This document shows positions 17,181-25,052 of a DNA stretch of 64,000 bases, piece by piece. The position numbers were made by a program, and so were the translations under genes. The DNA is from an archaeon (GTDB taxonomy: Archaea; Micrarchaeota; Micrarchaeia; Anstonellales; Bilamarchaeaceae). The notes beneath the pieces were generated by a model. It was not told where the DNA came from. It worked only from the letters and a program-made list of their open reading frames with translations, and did no database searches. The stretch is taken from positions 7,707 to 71,706 of the forward strand of contig JAGVNI010000019.1 of the NCBI GenBank assembly GCA_020053355.1, written 5' to 3'. How positions within the stretch are numbered: the first letter of the stretch is position 1; every line of letters begins with the position of its first letter.

Positions 17181-18259
17181 TGGCATACCTATGCGGCCCT
17201 GAATTCGGAGCTTTCTTTTCGGACAGCGTGCTCCCGCTCCTGGTGTACGCCGCCAGCGCGCTCATCGGCCTGATCGGCATCGCGTACATGGCCGGCACCG
17301 CTACCAGCAATGCCAAGCTTACCCTCTGGAGCAAGACCGAGGCAGTCCAGTTCGTCGTATCCACCGTGTCCGTGTTCCTCATAATAACCACCATGAACAC
17401 GTTCTGCGCCATCAAGATCAACGAGATAGCCAGCATTTTCGACATGCCGGCGGCGGCAGGCGACCCGGACATCTACGCCGCGGCAAACGGCTACCTCCTC
17501 GACGCGGCGATATACTCGCACAATGCGCTCACGGTGGTGAGATACCACCTTGAGGCGTACACCACGCTTTCTTTCTTCAACGCGTTCATGTGCGACCTCG
17601 CGACAGGCAGGATTGGCTGGGGCTGCCTGTTCGGGTATTCCGGCGAGAGCCAGCAGCCCTTGGGCGGCTACAGCGTGCAGACCGCGGCGATGAACATATT
17701 CTTCAACGGCGCCATAATAGCGCATTTCATGTCCCTCAACTTCATCTTCATCCTGCTGTTCGTCTACAAGGGCTTCGTGTTCCTGTTCCTCCCCCTGGGG
17801 GTGTTCATGCGCTCCATGCCGTACATGAGGTCTTTCGGCTCCCTACTCGTGGCGCTCGCCATCTCGTTCCTCCTCATCTACCCGTTCCTGCTCGCGGTGA
17901 TGTACCTGATGAGGAGCGTGCTTGTGGATGCGGACACGGGATACACCCCGCTCCCGGTCCCCATGAGCGGGTATGACGAGAGGAGGTACGACGACATGGT
18001 CAACGGGGGCGACATGATAGCGATGAGCACGCTGGGCGAAGAATACGTATGGCACTGCTATTTCAGCGTTGACGGCTGCGGATGGAGCGGGGACTCCAAG
18101 GAGAACCTGCCCGGTGCGATAGGGTTCGCATCCAACGCGTTTGTGGCCGCCGTGTTCTTCCCGAGCGTCGCGCTCCTCGCTACGATAGCGAGCGTCGGCT
18201 ATATCGCGAGGCTCTACGGCGATGAGATAGATTTAAGTAGGATAACACAACTGGTGTAG
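17180..18259 (+). CDS. Polytopic membrane protein, paralog P5
   Basis: 359 aa. TGATG overlap with P4. Blocks: LWSKTEAVQFV, RSFGSLLVALAISFLLIYP, C-terminal LYGDEIDLSRITQLV. Confidence 0.85.
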   Translation: MAYLCGPEFGAFFSDSVLPLLVYAASALIGLIGIAYMAGTATSNAKLTLWSKTEAVQFVVSTVSVFLIITTMNTFCAIKINEIASIFDMPAAAGDPDIYAAANGYLLDAAIYSHNALTVVRYHLEAYTTLSFFNAFMCDLATGRIGWGCLFGYSGESQQPLGGYSVQTAAMNIFFNGAIIAHFMSLNFIFILLFVYKGFVFLFLPLGVFMRSMPYMRSFGSLLVALAISFLLIYPFLLAVMYLMRSVLVDADTGYTPLPVPMSGYDERRYDDMVNGGDMIAMSTLGEEYVWHCYFSVDGCGWSGDSKENLPGAIGFASNAFVAAVFFPSVALLATIASVGYIARLYGDEIDLSRITQLV

Positions 18260-18261
18260 AT

Positions 18262-19284
18262 ATGGCGTTCCTTGCGCTTTCCGTAAGCAGTTTTTTCGGA
18301 GGATGGGCGAACTGGCTCCCACTGTCAATCCTGGCGGTGGCGGCAGCGGTGCTCTTCCACACGGTCCTGCTCATGGTGGCGAGGGCGTTCTCGATTCGGG
18401 AACTTGAAGCGTATGCCGTATCCGAGATACTCCAGGCGGCCGCAACGGCATTCATGGCCATTTTCCTGGTCGCCATGGTCGGAAGCGCGATGGAGATATC
18501 GCAGGGCCTCATCCATGGCGAGGTCAACTGCGGCGGCACGGCCATGCACATAGGGACCAGCGCCAATTCGACGATGGACCAGGCGTACTACGCCATCCGG
18601 TGCAGGCTGCAGACCAGGACCAGCGAGGTCGCCGCCATCCAGGACGGCATCACAAGCTCCGGCATGGTGGGGCTGGAGTTCAATGCGATCAACATGGCGG
18701 CAAGCCTGTTCGGCATCACCGTTTTCAAGGGGGACTGGGTGACCGGGCTTTACCGCTCCACGGAAACGACGAGGATAACCAACAATCTCGCCACAGTGAT
18801 GCTCATCGGGCTCAACGCGCAGTCCTCGCTCCTGGAGTACCTGCGCATCAACATGCTCCACGTGTTCATCCCGGTCGGGATTCTGCTGCGGGGCTTCTAC
18901 ATAACGCGTGGGCCGGGCGCGCTTTTCATCGCCCTTGGCATCGGGATGTATTTCATTTTCCCGATATTCTTCGTCCTCCTCGACCCGGGTTTCGTGGCGA
19001 CGCCGCTCCCGGCGGCGGTGAACACCCAGCAGCAGCAGACCCTGTGCTATCCCACGATGACGAATGCGGTGTCGGTGCTCACCTCGCTCGAGAACTCGGG
19101 CTTCGGGAGCAGCGCCGGGCTGTCTTTCGACAGCCTCAGGAACGACCTTTCGAAATCGTACATAACGCTCATGCTCCACCCGCTCGTGGCATTCTTCCTG
19201 ACGATGGTCTTCGTGAGATACATGATGTCGGTGCTTGGCGGAGACACGTTTGAACTGACAAAAATGGTAAGCAAAGTGATTTGA
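18262..19284 (+). CDS. Polytopic membrane protein, paralog P6
   Basis: 340 aa, 2-nt gap after P5. Blocks: AYAVSEILQAA, RGPGALFIALGIGMYFIFP, C-terminal VLGGDTFELTKMVSKVI. Confidence 0.85.
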   Translation: MAFLALSVSSFFGGWANWLPLSILAVAAAVLFHTVLLMVARAFSIRELEAYAVSEILQAAATAFMAIFLVAMVGSAMEISQGLIHGEVNCGGTAMHIGTSANSTMDQAYYAIRCRLQTRTSEVAAIQDGITSSGMVGLEFNAINMAASLFGITVFKGDWVTGLYRSTETTRITNNLATVMLIGLNAQSSLLEYLRINMLHVFIPVGILLRGFYITRGPGALFIALGIGMYFIFPIFFVLLDPGFVATPLPAAVNTQQQQTLCYPTMTNAVSVLTSLENSGFGSSAGLSFDSLRNDLSKSYITLMLHPLVAFFLTMVFVRYMMSVLGGDTFELTKMVSKVI

Positions 19285-22200
19285 ATGGGAAAAGCTCTGG
19301 CGATATCGGTCGTGTTGCTGGCTATCCTGGCCGCGGGATGCATACAGCCCGTGGTCAAGCTCGGCTGCTGCCTGAAGGAAAACATCAGCGAAGGCTGCGT
19401 GCTCTACAACACCACGGACTTCACGAACAGCAGCTACATAGACAGGACCAACGGCCCGTGCGACAGCAACGACACGGCCTACAACACCACCGGGCACTGC
19501 AACGTCACTATAAACATGGGCGGGTCGGCGGGGGAAAAATCGTTCCTCGTGCCGATATGCACGCAGGACGACATCAGGCCGTGCATAAACCAGAACTGCA
19601 CGACCATGGTGTGCGGCGATTTCGCATACAAGCCGCGTTTCGCCCCGGGATTCCAGACGAGCGGGAACGACACCAGCAACCCGGACTCCAGCGTCGAGGC
19701 ATCCGGGGGCAACATCCCGCCGGACACCGGAGAGGGCGGGGCGGCGGGTTTCTACAAGGCCCAGTGCAGGTTCCTCAAGATGGACGCGAAACTGCGGCAG
19801 ATCATGAAAAGCTCGAAGTCGCAGATAAACGTCTTCAGGATAGGCGTGGGCGGCTCCATGGACGAATTCGACCAGTACAGGTACTACTTCCCCCTTTCGG
19901 ATAGATACTGCAACATAAATCCCGGCTCGGAAGGTGAGGAGCGGGTAGACAGGTATATGAACTACCTGACCAGCTCGAAAACAGATTACAATCCCGAAGC
20001 GGACATCACGACCAACTGCCTCAAGGACGGCGGCGCAAGCTTGTTCGGCAGCCCGAATCCCTTCGGCTTCGGCGAAAGCCCGGCTGCGCGGGCATCGAGC
20101 ATTTCGGTCGCCTTCGGTTACAGCCCGGTAGTGCCTGATGAATCCAACTACAAGTTCGCCCACCAGGCGCGGGAGGACTGGTTTTCGTCCTGGGACAGCG
20201 GCTGGGGGGGCTACTACTATGGCGGCCCGTCCATCCGCCAGGATTCGGTCTTCAAGAGGATTGACGAGGAATACTACAGGCGTGAATTGTCGATTGCGCA
20301 CGCGGCGACCATCTACGGGGAAACGATGGCAAACACCACCCGGGCGCCTTTCGAATGCGACTCGAGAGGCAACGAATGCTACTCTGGAACGTGCAACACG
20401 CAGTTCTACTCAAGGGGAGTCCTCCTGACATATCCGGGACTTACCGGCACCGTGCCGCCCGATGAGGTCGTGGCGGACTGCAACAGGGTCAGCAACGAGA
20501 ACGGGAAGACGATTGTCGTCTGCGCGCCCACAAAATCCGTATCAATCAGCCCTACGCCCGGCGTCCCTCCGACGTTCACATACGCAACCGTCGATGTGAG
20601 GCCGCAGCATTTCGAGGTCGAACTCGACAACAACGACGAATATGATTACTCCAGCCTGACCGAAGAGGAAAACGTGCTTGACCCGTTCTGGGACGGGTTC
20701 AACACCGGGCAGTTGGGTACCAAACTGACCGGGCACACACGCACGATAACCGGCACGGGATATTATACTTATTGGTATTTCACGCAGAAGAGGTACTGCC
20801 AGTCGGATTACGGGACCAACAACGAAACGACCCAGGTCCTCTGCTCCTCCGTCTCTGAGAGCTGGTACAAGCCTCCGGCGGGTGGGGTTGTCTTTTTCGG
20901 AAAGCAGGGCGAGGGCAATGGTGTCGTCTACAACGGAAATAAGATAATAGGATATGCCATCTCATCCCCGTCCGATTTCAAGGACATAAAATTCGTGAAA
21001 AAATGCGGCATCAATGTCAGCAGCGATACGGAGACGGGCGATTTCGTCCGGGTGGAACTGGACAGCATGGACGACCCGGACTGGGCGGCGCTGCAAGCCG
21101 CCTTCAAGCCGTACTTCCAAGAAAGGCTGAAATCCATGACGACCGGCGGTTTCGACGACGGCTGCGGCGATGCGCTCCAGCCCGTCGATGCGGTCCTCTC
21201 GGCGATGCCATGGGTCGTGAATTACCAGAAAGGCATCCGTGACGCGGATTTCCTCTTCTCAGACACTCTGGAGCCGATATCATACCATATGAGTTCCACG
21301 AGCGCGCAGGCCTTGCGGAAAAACAACGTATATACCGAATACATGGAAACCTGGCCCGGGACAAGCAGCTGCGAACTCCGCAGGACGACGCTGTCGTGGT
21401 GGCTGCCCGTCGACCTTAACTTCTATTACGACGTCCTTTTCTCGAGGTACATATACCTCTTCAAGTACACCGACGGCTCGAGCAAGCTCGGCAATTGCGC
21501 GGTAGACGAAAGCGATTACCTCCCCACCGTCAGGACGTACGGCTGGTGCGAGCCCTGCACGACTTCGACCCTTGCATTCCAGAGCATAAGCGCACACGAA
21601 CGCGTGTATATGCCGGCCTACACTGCCAATGTGGAGGGAGCGGGCGGCACTAGTATCGAGAACATCTGCACCGCCCAGTACGACACCAGGTGGGAGGGGT
21701 GGCTCGATTTCACGCATACCGATAATGTTTCATGCATGAATCCGCGCATTACTGACGTGAATGAATACAAGGAATCCATCGGCGGCATCGGCTCCCCGAG
21801 GACGTCCCCGGAAGCCACCATCCTGAAAGAAAGGCTCGGGAATTACATGAAGTCCGGGATAATGCCTGTTTTCGACATGACGGATGCCAGCAACTGGAAC
21901 ATGGCGAACCCGGATGCCGGCACAGGCGGATTCTGGCTGTTCTATGACGAGGCGCCGGCAACTTACCAGCAGTACGATTTCCAGAGGCTCTTCGGGGAGA
22001 TGGGAGCGACGGTGGTCATAGTGAACCACATAAGCGGCGATGCGACCGATGCGCAGATTGAGGATATCATCAACCGGGCTTCGGTAATCCACGAAAGGTG
22101 CTTCGGCTGCCTGACCGCCTTCCATGTGGACGGCCCTGCGAGCAACACGAGCTTCAATGATTCCGTCAATTCTGTGCTTTCGGACACGCGCGCGAACTTC

Positions 22201-23193
22201 GCGGTGGACATGGTGACGTTCGACTACCCCATATCCAGCCACTCGTCGGTCTTTTCTGGCCTGAGCGAGCCGGAGAACCGCAGCGAGGCCATCGCAAACG
22301 ACATCGCCTCTTACGGCCGTGTCGCACTGCAGGCGAAGAGGAAGCCGACCATGGTGGTCGGCCTCAACGTCAGGAGCGACGACGGCTACTGGAATGACGC
22401 CAACTACAAGATATTGTTCGAGAAGATAGTCAGGAAACAGGACGAGATGGTCAAGAACGGCGTTATCGGGGTGATTTATTCGCCGGCCCGCGCCGCCAGC
22501 GGAACCGGCACCGGCATAGTCAGCGTCGATGCGAGCGGCCAGGGGCACAAGAGCGAGAAGTTCTGCGCCTTCCAGTCTGCCATGCAGACGATGTCCACCG
22601 GCGCGCCGGTGGCGCTGTTCTCGAGGGTCAACGCCGTGAACACCACAAACTGCACGAAATGCATGAGCCTGGACAAGGTCGGGACCGGGGTATGCTCGGA
22701 TTACAGCCGCAACGACTTGGGCATCGACCCGAAGGAGTGCGATAACGGGGTCATTTGCACGGTCCCTGAGGGCATGGATTCCGATGAGGCCAAATGCCAG
22801 CAAGGCACCATAGTGGATACGGAAGACAGCGGGTGCACGCTGTGCAACGAAACCGGCAAGATGTACACATGCACGCTCAGGTACACCAACGGCACGGTGG
22901 AGACGATAGGGCCGAGGCCGATGACCGAGGTCAGTTCGGACATGTATCTTGATATAATGGCCGGGATATCGAAGCCGAACAAGTGCTGCCTCAATGCCAC
23001 GAACGACAAGAGGTACACGTACGTAAAGGACGCATACCAGAACTCCATAACCAAGGCGATTGTGTTCTCATCCACAGGGGACCCGAAGATGGAGTGCAAC
23101 CTCGGGGACCCCAGGACCATAAGCGAGCTTGGAAGCTTCTGCGGCATCCAGCTTCCTTTGCGCGACTATGATATCAACTGCACGCTGAGTTGA
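19285..23193 (+). CDS. Giant (1302 aa) Cys-rich, N-glycosylation-sequon-rich lipobox surface protein (P7); no recognisable family
   Basis: Starts directly after the P6 stop. Signal plus lipobox MGKALAISVVLLAILAAGC. About 45 Cys by my count and many NxS/T sequons (NIS, NTT, NSS, NDT, NVT, NCT...). No C-terminal TM. Confidence 0.85.
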   Translation: MGKALAISVVLLAILAAGCIQPVVKLGCCLKENISEGCVLYNTTDFTNSSYIDRTNGPCDSNDTAYNTTGHCNVTINMGGSAGEKSFLVPICTQDDIRPCINQNCTTMVCGDFAYKPRFAPGFQTSGNDTSNPDSSVEASGGNIPPDTGEGGAAGFYKAQCRFLKMDAKLRQIMKSSKSQINVFRIGVGGSMDEFDQYRYYFPLSDRYCNINPGSEGEERVDRYMNYLTSSKTDYNPEADITTNCLKDGGASLFGSPNPFGFGESPAARASSISVAFGYSPVVPDESNYKFAHQAREDWFSSWDSGWGGYYYGGPSIRQDSVFKRIDEEYYRRELSIAHAATIYGETMANTTRAPFECDSRGNECYSGTCNTQFYSRGVLLTYPGLTGTVPPDEVVADCNRVSNENGKTIVVCAPTKSVSISPTPGVPPTFTYATVDVRPQHFEVELDNNDEYDYSSLTEEENVLDPFWDGFNTGQLGTKLTGHTRTITGTGYYTYWYFTQKRYCQSDYGTNNETTQVLCSSVSESWYKPPAGGVVFFGKQGEGNGVVYNGNKIIGYAISSPSDFKDIKFVKKCGINVSSDTETGDFVRVELDSMDDPDWAALQAAFKPYFQERLKSMTTGGFDDGCGDALQPVDAVLSAMPWVVNYQKGIRDADFLFSDTLEPISYHMSSTSAQALRKNNVYTEYMETWPGTSSCELRRTTLSWWLPVDLNFYYDVLFSRYIYLFKYTDGSSKLGNCAVDESDYLPTVRTYGWCEPCTTSTLAFQSISAHERVYMPAYTANVEGAGGTSIENICTAQYDTRWEGWLDFTHTDNVSCMNPRITDVNEYKESIGGIGSPRTSPEATILKERLGNYMKSGIMPVFDMTDASNWNMANPDAGTGGFWLFYDEAPATYQQYDFQRLFGEMGATVVIVNHISGDATDAQIEDIINRASVIHERCFGCLTAFHVDGPASNTSFNDSVNSVLSDTRANFAVDMVTFDYPISSHSSVFSGLSEPENRSEAIANDIASYGRVALQAKRKPTMVVGLNVRSDDGYWNDANYKILFEKIVRKQDEMVKNGVIGVIYSPARAASGTGTGIVSVDASGQGHKSEKFCAFQSAMQTMSTGAPVALFSRVNAVNTTNCTKCMSLDKVGTGVCSDYSRNDLGIDPKECDNGVICTVPEGMDSDEAKCQQGTIVDTEDSGCTLCNETGKMYTCTLRYTNGTVETIGPRPMTEVSSDMYLDIMAGISKPNKCCLNATNDKRYTYVKDAYQNSITKAIVFSSTGDPKMECNLGDPRTISELGSFCGIQLPLRDYDINCTLS

Positions 23194-23200
23194 GGGGCAC

Positions 23201-23542
23201 ATGGGCTTAGGAGACATCTTCAATACGTTTGCCAAAGGGCCGCCGCCTGGTTCCGGCGGGAAGGGCCAGGTCCAGAAATGCCCCAACTGCGGAGAAAAGG
23301 TCAACCTCAGCATGGAACGCTGCCCGAAATGCGGGGTGCGCGTCAAAAGCATGTTCCGGCGCAAGTGCCCCAAATGCCAGACGCTGGTCGAATTGGATGC
23401 GAAAAAATGCACCAAATGCAGGTTCAGCTTCGAAGCCGAGCTCGAAAGGGCTAATAAAACCTTTTATGTATGTCCCATATGCGGGTTTAAGATGGAGGCC
23501 ATGATGACGCAGTGCCCTGCATGCAATACCCGCTTCATGTGA
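23201..23542 (+). CDS. Triple zinc-ribbon protein
   Basis: 113 aa with three CxxC-x(n)-CxxC pairs: CPNC..CPKC, CPKC..CTKC, CPIC..CPAC. 7-nt gap after P7. Confidence 0.75.
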   Translation: MGLGDIFNTFAKGPPPGSGGKGQVQKCPNCGEKVNLSMERCPKCGVRVKSMFRRKCPKCQTLVELDAKKCTKCRFSFEAELERANKTFYVCPICGFKMEAMMTQCPACNTRFM

Positions 23543-23548
23543 GCAAAT

Positions 23549-24115
23549 ATGGCCGAATCGTACAAGCAATCCGAGAAGAAGGAGGCGGCGGATGCCCCGA
23601 AGAGGAAATTCATCCACCTGCTCGACGAGGAGGAGGTAGAGGTGAAGCGCCTCGACTCCGAGGACATCGAGGACTGCGTGAAGGTGATGCGCAAATGCGC
23701 ATTCGACGTGACGGAGGTCGAGGTGGGCAACATCATAGCCTACGGCAAGAGCTTCGGGGCGACGGTGAACCGCATGCTCGTCGGGGTGGGGCTCGCTTGG
23801 CCGGCCAGGCTCGACCTCGAGAGCAAGAAGATAACCAGCGGGGAGGCGAACGCCCTGTACATGGAGGACCCCGCCGTGCTCCTCGCTTATGAAGGCCGGG
23901 GGGTGAGGAGGATACTCCTCAAGGAGCGGGAGAAGGAAGCGGTTGACTCCAAACTCAAGTATACGATAGGATACCTCTATGAGGACATCCCGAAGGGGGA
24001 CATAGCGGGCTACATCACCGAAGCCGGAAGCGCGCTTGAAAAGCTGTACTTGTCCGAGGCCTACGAGTTCTTCAGGACCGAGAAGGGAATCCTCGCTTTC
24101 AAGAAAGTAGTCTGA
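23549..24115 (+). CDS. GNAT-like acetyltransferase-fold protein (tentative)
   Basis: 188 aa. YEGRGVRRILLKERE resembles the R/Q-x-x-G-x-G/A acetyl-CoA loop. 6-nt gap after the zinc-ribbon gene. Confidence 0.45.
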   Translation: MAESYKQSEKKEAADAPKRKFIHLLDEEEVEVKRLDSEDIEDCVKVMRKCAFDVTEVEVGNIIAYGKSFGATVNRMLVGVGLAWPARLDLESKKITSGEANALYMEDPAVLLAYEGRGVRRILLKEREKEAVDSKLKYTIGYLYEDIPKGDIAGYITEAGSALEKLYLSEAYEFFRTEKGILAFKKVV

Positions 24116-24129
24116 TTTTATAAAAAAAA

Positions 24130-24915
24130 TCATGACTCGGATTTCAGGTAGACTTCCGAGAACCCGAAGGATTTCATCTTCTTCTTGATAGCCCCGATGC
24201 GCCGTGCAAGTGCCACCAGGCCGCCCTTTCCGACGATTATATAGGCGCTGTCCCCGTGCAGGCGCACATGCGCGGACTCATTTAGCGAAAACAGGTAAGC
24301 CCTGGCCATGGAGCGCCTTTTGGCATCCTTGTCCATCCCGCCCCCCCGCGCGGAAGAGGAGGGCGGCTTGTCCCAGTTCGGAAGGCCGAACTCTTTTGCA
24401 AGCAGGCGTATCTCGGCTTTCGAGAGGTTGCTTTCCAGGAGGGGGCTCCTGACGCCTGCGCGGCGCGCTTCGAGGTAGCTCCGGCCCCGGTCCGTTGCGT
24501 CGTCCTGGTGCGAGCCGTCGAGGACGTGCTTGAGCTTCATCCTCATCGCAATGCATTTCATGGAGCTGTAGAGGCTTGAACCCCGGGCAGCTCCGGTCAC
24601 TTTGGGCGGCCTGGGCTCGCATGCGGGCCGGGAGGGGTCGTAAACCAGGTGTTTCACCCCGATTATCTTCGCCACCCTCCGTGCTACTGAAAGCTCTGAG
24701 CGGGGGTAATTGTCAGAAAGCGCTGTGACGGCGACCGCCTTCTCTCCGAGCTCCTCCCTGCATATGCGCATCAGGAACGAGCTGTCCACACCCCCGGAGA
24801 ATGCCACGAGGGCGCTGTCCAGCTTCCGTATCCTCTCACGCAGGGACGTCAGTTTCCGCTCTAGCCGCCTATCCATACTTGCTATTTTGATGCGCATTAT
24901 TAAAACCCCGACCAT
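24130..24915 (-). CDS. PP-loop ATP pyrophosphatase (LarE/TIGR00268-like)
   Basis: 261 aa. The VAFSGGVDSSFL motif (SGGxDS) is followed by a typical adenine nucleotide alpha-hydrolase layout. Confidence 0.75.
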   Translation of the reverse strand: MVGVLIMRIKIASMDRRLERKLTSLRERIRKLDSALVAFSGGVDSSFLMRICREELGEKAVAVTALSDNYPRSELSVARRVAKIIGVKHLVYDPSRPACEPRPPKVTGAARGSSLYSSMKCIAMRMKLKHVLDGSHQDDATDRGRSYLEARRAGVRSPLLESNLSKAEIRLLAKEFGLPNWDKPPSSSARGGGMDKDAKRRSMARAYLFSLNESAHVRLHGDSAYIIVGKGGLVALARRIGAIKKKMKSFGFSEVYLKSES

Positions 24916-25052
24916 GCGCTTTCCCGAGTCCTTGGAAGAACCGGGGGTGCAGCGCGGCCTTACAGTATATGTGTTATAAAACGTGTTTATAAACGGAGTG
25001 CTTAGGCAGGGAATTGCAAGGTATTTTAACCCTTTAAGCGGGAGAGTGAATC

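Noticed and set aside
11928-19284. Annotating P1-P6 as VirB6/TrbL and the locus as a type IV secretion or conjugation system
   Set aside because: The only resemblance is tandem polytopic paralogs. No VirB4/VirD4-type ATPase, relaxase, pilin or VirB8/9/10-like genes are in or next to the operon, and I cannot see VirB6 signature residues. I keep it only as an analogy.
18325-20301. 658-aa minus-strand ORF antisense to P6/P7, and similar long antisense ORFs at 21730-22803, 25071-26504, 37552-38685, 55914-56927 and 57874-59118
   Set aside because: These are Arg/His/Pro/Gly-rich shadow ORFs, typical of the antisense frame of GC-rich genes. Each lies fully inside a sense gene with strong motif support (cdc48, Lon-like protease, GTPase, S2P/Bud32, P6/P7). 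No start context or domains are present.
5178-24115. tRNA-adjacent integrated element or provirus explaining the novel locus
   Set aside because: Housekeeping genes (scpB and the Fap7-like kinase) lie between the tRNA and the locus. No integrase, direct repeat of the tRNA 3' end, or capsid/terminase-like genes are visible. GC content looks similar to the flanks by eye.
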